Of a stretch of DNA of 64,000 nucleotides, positions 9,862-19,099 are shown piece after piece (positions within the stretch are counted from its first letter, which is position 1; each line of letters begins with the position of its first letter). The stretch is from contig CM000430.1 of assembly GCA_000165345.1 (NCBI GenBank), positions 608,001-672,000 of the forward strand. The letters are read 5' to 3'. The notes below the pieces were generated by a model. The model worked only from the letters and a program-made list of their open reading frames with translations, was not told the DNA's origin and ran no database searches. The position numbers and the translations under genes were made by a program.

Positions 9862-12800
9862 ATGGCTAAGGCTACTGCGCTTGAGCTCCTGGAATCTCTT
9901 TACAATGAGCTGATGAAAAAGGCAGAGGAAGGTGCCTACAGTGGGGAAGTCTTAGAGCAATATGCATGTAGTGTGCTTGCAAATTTGCATGCAAGCAAAG
10001 ACCCATTTGGTATTTACCATCAGGAATTGGCTTCTCAAGATGATCGAAAAAAAAGGCCAAACAATCCGCTTAGCCATGTAATACGTAGGCTGACAGAAGA
10101 AATCTTTGCGATCACAACAACTTGCAGCTATCCCATTTTGTTAACCCCGAGGCTCTATATAGTATGTGTATCATTATTAAGTGAATTATCTTTGGGAAAG
10201 CTTTCTCCTTTATTTTTAGAAACATTCGATGGCTATGCGGACAAATTTGAGAAGGATTTCAAACCATTAATGTTGGAAGTGTTTATCAGGAAGGCTCCAT
10301 GGCAGATACTAGTAAAAAATCTCAACTATCTGATAGGAAATGTAAAATCTGGAGTAGCTGGAGCCATGTGCGACAGTAAAATAAAGATAGAGTTTCAAGA
10401 GCTAAGCTCTATCACTAGCCCTGAGATGAGTAATTTAGGATTGTTAAATTTCCTGCCCCTATTTTTTACAAATTTCGAGTCTTTAAAAAAAGGAATATTA
10501 GAAGGCAGGTATTCGTTTAATTTCAACTCAAGTAAGGACAAAATTAAAGCAAATAGTAAAAGAACTTCAAGTTTGGTAGGCTTTAATACAATTATTGAAA
10601 AAACAAAAATAGTTGAGAGTTTTATTTCCAAAAAAAACGAAAAAACGACTCCAACTGAAATAATTAATCAAGCATTGGATAATTTTGCACTGACAAGAGT
10701 TAGCATTGCAGCTTTGACGAGAATTTTTACTAAATTCGGAATTGAGTCTGGTAGGAAAGAATTAAAAGAATTTAATTTAGATATTAGTTTTATTATTAAT
10801 TCATTTGAAGCAGTTATAGCAACTTTGCTTTCTGGTACCGAGATGTTTAGTTTGAATATGTGTGAAGGCAGTGACAAAGTATTCGAATCAAAGCATAAAG
10901 AAAACCCACAAGCAGTCTTACAACAAATATTTGAACTAGATGGAAGCATTTCAAATGATATCTTTACCTTGGAAAATAAGACAAATATATATTTCCCTTT
11001 CCATTTCCTTCATATTCAAATCGTTTCTGGGCTAAGAAATTTAATTATAAGCATGAGCAATTTTAAAGACTCAAATAAAGTAATACAAAATTCTTCAAGC
11101 TTAAATGATTTAATTATTGCCTATATTATGAGGATGTTAAATCAAATAGAAAGGATTCTCGAGTTACAAGGCTTAAATTCAACTAAACAAGATCATGAAA
11201 ATCCTTCATTTTCTAGTTCAGGAATTAATAGGTTTTTGGAGTTGATTCCTTCCGAAACTATTTTTTTAATTCAAGAAATGTCAAATTACTATTACCCATG
11301 TAGATCTATATTTAAAAAAAAGTTATTAGACATTCATGTCTCTCAGTTGAAAAACACTGAGCAAAGGGTTTCCTCATTTTTTATGACTTCTTTTACTCAA
11401 GTTATAAGTATGGAAGTTGGAAATGATTTAGATTGTGATTTACTGATGGAATCATGGGATCGTATCTTCAGGGATGTTGTGTTCCCAAATTTACTGGATT
11501 CATATACAATTGATTTATTTATAACTATGATTTGTAATCCCAACACTCTCAATAGCTTATCTAGAATTAATATTGAATCCTTTCTAGGTAAATATTTGGG
11601 AGTAATTACAAGGATTCTAGCTTATCATCCAGATTTATCAGCCAAACCAATTCTTGTATTTATTATGAATTGTGTTAAAAACTTAAAGATCCAAATGCCT
11701 AATTATGAATGGTTAGCTAATTGGATGAAGATTATTTTGAGTGCAATTTGTATGCCATTGATAACTCTCTTCCCACAGAAAGTTAATTGCGATGTTAATG
11801 ATCTCAAAGCAGTAATTAGCCCCATCAAGCCTAATAATAGAATCCTGAATTCCCTTTCAATTTTGGTTTACCCTAAGATATATTCCGATAATAGAAAAAA
11901 GGGAAAACTTGATTTAATGCATATTATTTCTGATCTCTCAACTAATCTTTTGTTGGTATCAATATATAACTCTAACTATACAGGAAACAAAAGATTACAC
12001 ACTATGACAGCTTTAAATGTTTGCATTAAGTTACTTGATTTGTTAATTAATGATTTAATTGACTCACTTGAAAGCCACAATAAACAAACAGGGAGTGATT
12101 ATTTACTTTCAGATGAGTCGATAATTAGTATAGAAAAGAAAAATATTGCCAAATTAATTTCTGGAATATTAAAGGTATTTCCTTATTTATTCCACCAAGG
12201 AGCAAACTATTCTCAAGAAATCTATGAAAAGATCGTAAAGCTTATTACTTTCATTTTTACTAGATTTAATGAATTATTATTCTCTGATGAGGTTTTCGAA
12301 GTCGTTTTAAATTTATTAAAACTGGATTTTCATTCTAACCTTGTAATAATTTCTCCAATTTGCTGGGCGATTGGAGAAGTTTTTATTTCAAAGATCGACG
12401 ATAATTCTCTTGAAGAACATGAAACAAAAATTTTCAAGCTAATTAATAGCTTAAAGTCTTTGATAGAAGGTTGTTGCACGAATTGCAATCAAGTAAACAA
12501 TGAATTAAACAAGAAAAACTGCAACTCTGGAACTGACACAGACTCGAATACTGGTTTAATGGATGAAGCTTTAAGTGAATGCTCAGATTCTTCATATTCT
12601 TCATTTATTTCTGACTCTTCTCTTGAAATTGATAGCGTTGCTTCAGAAGATGAACTTGAAGACGATACTATCGATAGTATTGTATATTCTAGTGGTGGAG
12701 CTACCGGCGAAGGAGGAAAAATGGCATTTATTGACCATTTTACAAATAATGAATATTATAATAACAAAATTTATAGAACAATGAGTGAAATTCTGAATGA

Positions 12801-13164
12801 AGATGATTTGAAGGATGTATACAAATATTTGGACAATATTTACCTAGTAGAAGCTATTATATCAACTTTATGCAAGATTGGATTAAGTTGTAAACAATCC
12901 AAATCAAATATAATTACTTTACTGGAGATATGTTTAAGAAAGTTCCAAATTAGGGGTTTTGAAAAGGATAACTTCGAAGACGAAAATTTAATTTTCCAGG
13001 AAGATCAACTTTTACAATATTCAAGATTCATCTTATCAAAGAAAATTAGTCTTTGTATTAAATCACTGAACCACTCATCTGTCTTTTCTTCTGCATTAAA
13101 CAAGCCAACAGGACCTCCAAGCACCTTATTTTGCAATAAAAGCTTAAGTTCAATATTGTTCTAG
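9862..13164 (+). CDS. Large conserved hypothetical protein (about 1100 aa, probably helical-repeat), function not recognised
   Basis: Long uninterrupted ORF. The track start (9850) is a TTG, and the first ATG is at 9862 (MAKATALELLESLYNEL...). An acidic Ser/Asp-rich segment lies near residues 870-920. No diagnostic catalytic motif was seen. Confidence 0.6.
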   Translation: MAKATALELLESLYNELMKKAEEGAYSGEVLEQYACSVLANLHASKDPFGIYHQELASQDDRKKRPNNPLSHVIRRLTEEIFAITTTCSYPILLTPRLYIVCVSLLSELSLGKLSPLFLETFDGYADKFEKDFKPLMLEVFIRKAPWQILVKNLNYLIGNVKSGVAGAMCDSKIKIEFQELSSITSPEMSNLGLLNFLPLFFTNFESLKKGILEGRYSFNFNSSKDKIKANSKRTSSLVGFNTIIEKTKIVESFISKKNEKTTPTEIINQALDNFALTRVSIAALTRIFTKFGIESGRKELKEFNLDISFIINSFEAVIATLLSGTEMFSLNMCEGSDKVFESKHKENPQAVLQQIFELDGSISNDIFTLENKTNIYFPFHFLHIQIVSGLRNLIISMSNFKDSNKVIQNSSSLNDLIIAYIMRMLNQIERILELQGLNSTKQDHENPSFSSSGINRFLELIPSETIFLIQEMSNYYYPCRSIFKKKLLDIHVSQLKNTEQRVSSFFMTSFTQVISMEVGNDLDCDLLMESWDRIFRDVVFPNLLDSYTIDLFITMICNPNTLNSLSRINIESFLGKYLGVITRILAYHPDLSAKPILVFIMNCVKNLKIQMPNYEWLANWMKIILSAICMPLITLFPQKVNCDVNDLKAVISPIKPNNRILNSLSILVYPKIYSDNRKKGKLDLMHIISDLSTNLLLVSIYNSNYTGNKRLHTMTALNVCIKLLDLLINDLIDSLESHNKQTGSDYLLSDESIISIEKKNIAKLISGILKVFPYLFHQGANYSQEIYEKIVKLITFIFTRFNELLFSDEVFEVVLNLLKLDFHSNLVIISPICWAIGEVFISKIDDNSLEEHETKIFKLINSLKSLIEGCCTNCNQVNNELNKKNCNSGTDTDSNTGLMDEALSECSDSSYSSFISDSSLEIDSVASEDELEDDTIDSIVYSSGGATGEGGKMAFIDHFTNNEYYNNKIYRTMSEILNEDDLKDVYKYLDNIYLVEAIISTLCKIGLSCKQSKSNIITLLEICLRKFQIRGFEKDNFEDENLIFQEDQLLQYSRFILSKKISLCIKSLNHSSVFSSALNKPTGPPSTLFCNKSLSSILF

Positions 13165-13445
13165 TCTATACTCATAACTAGATGCACTAATTTATTATTT
13201 TAGTGCAAATTTCCCAACTACGGATTCATTTATGCATTTATTCATGAACTTGATTAAGGTTCACGCTAAAGGTTAGATAAACCCTCTAGTCAATAAATTA
13301 GAAGAAATCGCCGAAAAACCCTCACAAGAAAATTAGTTAAAATATTAATATTAAGACCAATATTACTATTGATATCTGCGAATTCTACCAGAGTTGGAAC
13401 CTTTCCTCCCTCTATTATCACCCTAAAATCATAAACTAAATCTCT

Positions 13446-14123
13446 TTAGGCAGAAGCTTTAGCTTTGGTAGCCTTCTTTCCAAAATTCTTAGCTTCAATA
13501 AATTGTTTGCGTAGTGTAGAGAATGCTCTGAATTTTCTCTCCTCAGGAGTAATAACGTGAGTCTATAAGAAAAAGTGATTAATTTAAATCTATAGAGTTA
13601 ATAACGACATACTTACCTTAACAGCCAAAGTCTGGGCCTTAATAGGGAAAGCCTTTTCATGGCTTACATTCTTCAAGGCCTTGAACTCCTCTCTAGCAGA
13701 GTCATTTGGAATACCAGCGAAGCCCTTCTTAGTCTTCTTTCCCTTTCTTGGTTGAAGAACGATTCCATTAATATACTTCTTTAGACGGTCAACATTGATT
13801 TGGAATGTCTCTTCAGATAAGTCAGTTCTTCTGTGGTCAACAGCAATTCCAATGCTCATTGCAGCCTTTTTGTTAATTCCACAAGCTGAGAGCTCTTCAA
13901 GAGTGAATCCTCTTCCAAGACGGGTTTTCATGTTGTAACGTTGTGTTGGTGGGTGGACAATTGGTCTCAACATTCCAACAGGTCTAAAGCCTGCCTCAGC
14001 AACTGCCTTTTGACGAGCAATTCTGCGGCTTTGCTTTCTACCTGGCTGGTTATACCATGTCTTGATCCAGCGTTTGTAGTTTTTGTGATAGTGCACATTG
14101 GGAATAACGTTGTTATGACGCAT
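13446..14123 (-). CDS. RPL13: 60S ribosomal protein eL13 (L13e); two exons join(13446..13562,13617..14123)
   Basis: Exon 1 reads MRHNNVIPNVHYHKNYKRWIKTWYNQPGRKQSRRIARQKA...AQTLAVK and is classic eL13. A 54-nt intron (GTAAGTATG...TTCTTATAG, 13563..13616) is phase 0. Exon 2 reads THVITPEERKFRAFSTLRKQFIEAKNFGKKATKAKASA* and matches the conserved eL13 C-terminus (VITEEEKNFKAFASLR). The track ORF 13590..14123 runs into the intron. Confidence 0.85.
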
Positions 14124-14512
14124 CTTTAATCAAGATTTAGGTTCTATTCTTCTATTATATGAATCTATATATATATAAATATATTCGTCCTTAGACTCCT
14201 TTCTATACTTCTTTCCAACTTAATACTAGAAGGAAAGTTGAATACCTTTTAAAAATAAAATATTTAAGCTTTCGAAAAGATGTCTCGATTACAAATTCAA
14301 AGCAGTCTTTATAGCCTTTATTTTCAAAATAATTGTTGGCTCTCTTTTTTTCTTAATATTTTATTATTTACTATAATAAATAATATTAAATACAAATTTA
14401 CTCTAATTTTATATTTAATTTATAGTTAATTTTCTTTCCTATTAATTTCTTATAAAAAAGTATTACGAGACAGAAATCAACAATGCCGGTATTTAATATA
14501 ATATTATTTGAT

Positions 14513-14596
14513 TTGGGCCGCGTCTCGTCTCATACAAAAAAAAATTTATATTAATCAAAAAAGACGTGCATGGTTTAGGCGCCGTCTCAAGACATC
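14513..14596. promoter_or_regulatory. Paired GC-rich CGTCTC-containing boxes in the shared eL13/uS9 divergent promoter
   Basis: gggccgcgtctcgtctcatac and ggcgccgtctcaagacatc are the only GC-rich islands in the 640-bp spacer between the two ribosomal-protein genes. Confidence 0.35.
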
Positions 14597-14763
14597 AATA
14601 TTAAAATATTAATTATTTAAATAAATAATAATTGGGGGAAGAAAAAATCGTAGTTAAATAGAATTAAGGAGGAAAAAATTGCATAAAAGAATAATCGACT
14701 TGGATTAAGTTGGTTTGTTTTAATTCTTGAATAATATTATTTTTCTGATTCTATATTTAGAGG

Positions 14764-15198
14764 ATGACTATGGAAAGCCGTATGGTTCAGACCTTTGGTC
14801 GCAAGAAGAATGCTGTTGCAGTAGCTCTTTGCAGAGAAGGAAAGGGATTAGTTCACTTTAACGGAAAGCCTTTGGATCTTATCCAACCAGAACAACTCAA
14901 GGTTAAGGCTTTTGAGCCAATTCTCTTATTAGGAAAGCAAATTTTTTCTGGAGTAGATATTAGGATCAGAGTGTCAGGTGGTGGTTACACATCTCAAGTC
15001 TTCGCAATCCGTCAGGCTTTAGCCAAGGCAATTGTTGCTTACACTCAGAAGTTTGTAGATGAAGCAACAAAACAAGAAATCAGAGATATCCTCGTTTCTT
15101 ATGACCGTTCATTGGTCATTGCTGATCCAAGAAGATGCGAGCCAAAGAAATTCGGAGGTCCAGGTGCCCGTGCTCGTATTCAGAAGTCGTACCGTTAA
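14764..15198 (+). CDS. RPS16: 40S ribosomal protein uS9 (S16), 144 aa
   Basis: ATG at 14764. [15 protein letters not shown]...[22 protein letters not shown]...[23 protein letters not shown] is near-identical to eukaryotic S16. Confidence 0.9.
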   Translation: MTMESRMVQTFGRKKNAVAVALCREGKGLVHFNGKPLDLIQPEQLKVKAFEPILLLGKQIFSGVDIRIRVSGGGYTSQVFAIRQALAKAIVAYTQKFVDEATKQEIRDILVSYDRSLVIADPRRCEPKKFGGPGARARIQKSYR

Positions 15199-15600
15199 TT
15201 TTAGTATGCTGGAGTTATTCAGGTTCGGGTGGGATCGGGAGTTCCTTCAAGAACTATTTGCAGGGACACCAAAATCAAGAAAAAAAATATGTCTCATTTC
15301 GGTTTGCTATGACTACATTACGAGGTTCTACTATGTATTTACTCTTATGTCGGCTATTTGCTACTAGAAGTGGGCTAATACTATTTACCTTTCAGATTAG
15401 TATATAAGTTCTTGTTCCTGGCCTTAATACTCATCGAATATTATCAGACTTTGAGACATTTGAGGGTTTACTCTTTACTTTATCCCAAGTATCTAATTAG
15501 TATATAAAAGGATATCGATTTTAATAGTTAAATTTATTAGGAGTCTATGTTTCTTTGCTTTGCCTCTTCCCATTCGCTGTACCTTAACGGTTTTCAGATG

Positions 15601-17844
15601 CTAGTTTACTACATCATGAAGTGAGTTTAAAAAGTCTTGGTGGGAGATTGTTGAAGAGTTCTTGAATTTGTGTTGGACTAGTTCAAGGGCAAATAGTAAT
15701 TTTTTGATAGGTACTGGGAACCTAAGAGAATCCGAGATTTTCGTTAAAGTATCAGGTGTGAACAATCCATTCTGATAGTAGTCTAAAATTCCTGGAACGT
15801 CCTGTGATTCAACTGAAGGAACTCTAATCGACAAGTTAAAAATATCAGCCAAACCAGAAGTATGAACAAATTCGTACTCAGAGGTAGTTGCAAGTATTAG
15901 AAGCTTTCTTCCTTTAGGTGCTCTGTTCTTAATTAAAATCATAATAGTCTGTAATACAATATTTGAAAATCTGGGGCCAATAGCAGTAAAGTCCATCAGT
16001 CTTTCAATATCATCCAGAATAATACATGATATATCGCTCTTATAAGCATCACTAAATGTTTTTCTCAGCTCTTGACTTCTTGCTGACTCGCTCATACCCA
16101 CAAATTGGAGGGGACTCTGCAATTTTGTAAATGGGAATCCTCCTGTAATTGCAATATGAGCAGCCAAGGCGGACTTTCCCGTTCCTTTATCTCCATATAA
16201 CAAAACAGCCAATGTAGAAAGATTCTCATCTGTTTTGATCTGTTCGGAAAGCCTCTTTAATAGCTCTAAGTTCCTTTGTGACTCACTACCCAACTTTATT
16301 ATTCCTCTAGGAACTAAACTTTGCAACTCATCTTCGTCAGTACCAAATGCAGGTTGCACCTCCTCTAATGCTGACTCAAAATCACTTCTGCAAACCTTAA
16401 TGTTCTCAGCATCCATTGGCTTAGTCATATCTCCCATGTCAATATGGCGTTGAAATGCAAAGGATGTTGCAGACCTTACCAGTCCTTCCAGCTCAGCACC
16501 TGAGAAGTTGGCAGATTCTTGTGCCAAAGCACTTAAATCTACATCATTTGCCAATCTGGAGCTTTCTCTCATTTGCTTAGTATGAATCTCAAGAATCTCC
16601 AATCTTCCCTCAGAGTCAGGCAGTCCTATTTCAATCTGAACCTCGAAGCGCCCAGGTCTTAAAAGGGCTTCATCCAAGAGATCCAACCTATTTGTCATGC
16701 CTATCAATAATATGTTGTTAATGCTATTAACTCCATCAATTTTGCTTAATAGCTGATTAACTACGCTGTCACCAACTCCTGTTGAACCACTTGATCCTGC
16801 TCCCCTACTTTTGCAAATGGCATCAAGCTCATCTAAAATAATAATATGTAGTGCAGAAAAGTCTCCTTTTTGACGATACTCATCTTCTGCCTCTTTAAAT
16901 AAGTTTCTAATGTTTTCCTCGCTTTGTCCAACATACTTATTTAAAATTTCAGGTCCATTCACAATTTTGGGCTCCCTAGCTTTGAGAACTTTTGCGATCT
17001 GTCTGGCTATTAAAGTCTTTCCTGTACCTGGAGGCCCATGTAAAATCAAGCCCTTAACATGTTGTATTCCCAACTCCTTTAGTAGCTTTGGTGGAATAAC
17101 TCTACTTGCAAAAGCTCTTCTGAAAATGACAGAAAATTCATCGTCTAGGCCACCAATACCAATGTCCTTAAAACTGAAATGATGTCTGAATAAGGTCGGA
17201 GCACTTCTGTGGTCATTCTGAAATCTAACTGTTCCTGTTTTAGATCCTGTTAATTCCATGTTTGTAGAGTCAATTACTAAAAAATGAGAATTTTTAGAAT
17301 CAGAGTGTTCTTTCTTATTGCCATTTGATAATAGGCTATCTAGAGATAAGATATCTTTTACTGTCAATAGTAACAATAAATTCTCTTCCTTATAGAAATA
17401 TGATACCTTTTGGCCTTGTGTAACTACTTGATTACGTATGCTTTGTAAAATACCTGGAATTATTCTTTCACCATCTAATAAAAGCTGTTGACTAGATCCG
17501 ACAAATAATTCTGCCTCAAGCAAAAGAGTTCCAGCAATGCTCTTTGCAGCTTCACTACCAGTAGTTCCAAATCCCACAGCTAATTCAACTTCTATTCTCT
17601 CCCTTGATTCAATCCTAGCAAATTGGCGATGCAATCTATTTAATGCTAATTCCCCATGAGCAACTCTTTCATCTACTTCAATATTCAAAACAAGATTTTT
17701 AACTAAAATTCGAGGTTGCCCAGTTCCACTTTGCGTGTTAGAAAGATTCTTTAAAGCTGTATATGTTGAAGAACTTACATATGCAAAGTTTGTGAATGCC
17801 AGCTCTTGTGCAGGCAAATTGCACGAAACTAAGGAAACCGTCAT
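15601..17844 (-). CDS. NSF: Vesicle-fusing ATPase NSF/Sec18 (two AAA+ domains), about 747 aa
   Basis: The D1 domain carries Walker A GPPGTGKTLIARQIAK and the D2 domain carries GDKGTGKSALAAHIA, with the NSF N-domain upstream. The track start 17862 is a TTG, and the first ATG is at 17844 (MTVSLVSCNLPAQE...). Confidence 0.85.
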   Translation of the reverse strand: MTVSLVSCNLPAQELAFTNFAYVSSSTYTALKNLSNTQSGTGQPRILVKNLVLNIEVDERVAHGELALNRLHRQFARIESRERIEVELAVGFGTTGSEAAKSIAGTLLLEAELFVGSSQQLLLDGERIIPGILQSIRNQVVTQGQKVSYFYKEENLLLLLTVKDILSLDSLLSNGNKKEHSDSKNSHFLVIDSTNMELTGSKTGTVRFQNDHRSAPTLFRHHFSFKDIGIGGLDDEFSVIFRRAFASRVIPPKLLKELGIQHVKGLILHGPPGTGKTLIARQIAKVLKAREPKIVNGPEILNKYVGQSEENIRNLFKEAEDEYRQKGDFSALHIIILDELDAICKSRGAGSSGSTGVGDSVVNQLLSKIDGVNSINNILLIGMTNRLDLLDEALLRPGRFEVQIEIGLPDSEGRLEILEIHTKQMRESSRLANDVDLSALAQESANFSGAELEGLVRSATSFAFQRHIDMGDMTKPMDAENIKVCRSDFESALEEVQPAFGTDEDELQSLVPRGIIKLGSESQRNLELLKRLSEQIKTDENLSTLAVLLYGDKGTGKSALAAHIAITGGFPFTKLQSPLQFVGMSESARSQELRKTFSDAYKSDISCIILDDIERLMDFTAIGPRFSNIVLQTIMILIKNRAPKGRKLLILATTSEYEFVHTSGLADIFNLSIRVPSVESQDVPGILDYYQNGLFTPDTLTKISDSLRFPVPIKKLLFALELVQHKFKNSSTISHQDFLNSLHDVVN

Positions 17845-17993
17845 ATCAAGTCCACTCCTCAAGGAAAAATATAAATATTAGAAAATTTCAATGAGTTTTT
17901 TCTCTTTTTAAGTTAATCAAATTACTCCTTTTTAATTCTCGCTTGTCCTTCACCTTACCCACAACTATAGATTAAAAAATTGCAAAAAAAAGC

Positions 17994-18016
17994 GGAGGCG
18001 CCTGAGTCTTGGCGCC
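17994..18016. promoter_or_regulatory. Bipartite E2F-like element GGAGGCGCC-N8-GGCGCCAAA in the divergent NSF / 175-aa-gene promoter
   Basis: ggaggcgcctgagtcttggcgccaaattt has the same architecture and an almost identical spacer (TGAGTCTT against TGATTGTT) as the 9748 element. Confidence 0.5.
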
Positions 18017-18109
18017 AAATTTCATGTCAAGATTAGATTTACAATAATGTTAGAAGAACTAAATAAAAGTGAATATTAAAAGGGATTTGAAGAAAATTAA
18101 TTCAAAGAA

Positions 18110-18637
18110 ATGACAATATTTGAGGTGAAATTGTCTTCAGCAACAACTTTGCAGGATTTATTGGGGGAAAATGAATATGTTAAAGACAATTATAAGAACT
18201 GTGATATATTAGTATTAGATTATGAGGGAAAAGAAAAATTGGGTTTTTTAAACCGTGACATACTATTGACAGATTATAGACTAATTTTTCTTAAAGATGC
18301 TGAATATTCAACTCAGAATTCAAAAATTCCCAGCAAATTCTCTTGTGGGGACTACATAAATATTTCATCTATTATTGTTAACGCAGTTTCATCGTGTGAA
18401 AAAGCTGAAGATAATCCGTATTTATACGTTCAATTAGGTGATCCTGAATTTAATGAAGACAGTGATGAGGATTTGGAGTCTAGTCACCGCTTTTCCGAAA
18501 TTAACATTCGTTGCTCTGACCAAAATACTATCTATACGCTTTTCAATTCTATATCGGAAACAGCCGCATATATGGAGCAGCTAGAGAACTTATCTGATTT
18601 AAAATCGGATGATGAGTTAACAACTGATCAAGAATGA
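18110..18637 (+). CDS. Small acidic hypothetical protein, 175 aa (possible PH/GRAM-like fold)
   Basis: Clean ATG-initiated ORF with Cryptosporidium-like codon usage. It has an acidic C-terminus and no recognisable motif. Confidence 0.5.
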   Translation: MTIFEVKLSSATTLQDLLGENEYVKDNYKNCDILVLDYEGKEKLGFLNRDILLTDYRLIFLKDAEYSTQNSKIPSKFSCGDYINISSIIVNAVSSCEKAEDNPYLYVQLGDPEFNEDSDEDLESSHRFSEINIRCSDQNTIYTLFNSISETAAYMEQLENLSDLKSDDELTTDQE

Positions 18638-19099
18638 CACTAATTTTTGGGTAAATCTTCTCATTTAGTTTTTCTAATAAACCTTTCTAAATTACTTTCA
18701 TTATTAATACAATTGATATCCAAAAAGTAGTATATTTTTATCACCTCATTTTTTGTATAACTTCATATTTAATTTTCTTTCTGATTTTTCAATGATTTAT
18801 TCTATTCAAATATATTTATTTACTCTTATAATATTGATTGCAAACTAATGGAAATGGCGCCATGATCTTCAAAGATAGTAATGCATGCGGAGTATCACAA
18901 AGACGAATATACTAAATTCCTATAAAACAACATAAAAGATTAATTTATAAAGTATTAATTAATCTTAAATAAGAATCTTAGTTTTAAAATTTATATTTTC
19001 AAGGGATAAAACAATATATCACAGTAAAGTTAATAACGATTGCCTAGATCTAGCAATTATCTGTAAAGCAGAAATTAAATTGATCGAATATTCACAAAG

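Noticed and set aside
15215-15250. caggttcgggtgggatcgggagttcc looked vaguely like a tRNA T-arm (GGTTCG).
   Set aside because: No acceptor stem, D-arm or anticodon arm can be folded around it, and it lacks the GTTCGAATC consensus.
15059-15407. Two overlapping plus ORFs just after and overlapping the S16 stop.
   Set aside because: They are out of frame with S16 and sit in a 3' UTR or convergent spacer, with no conserved features.
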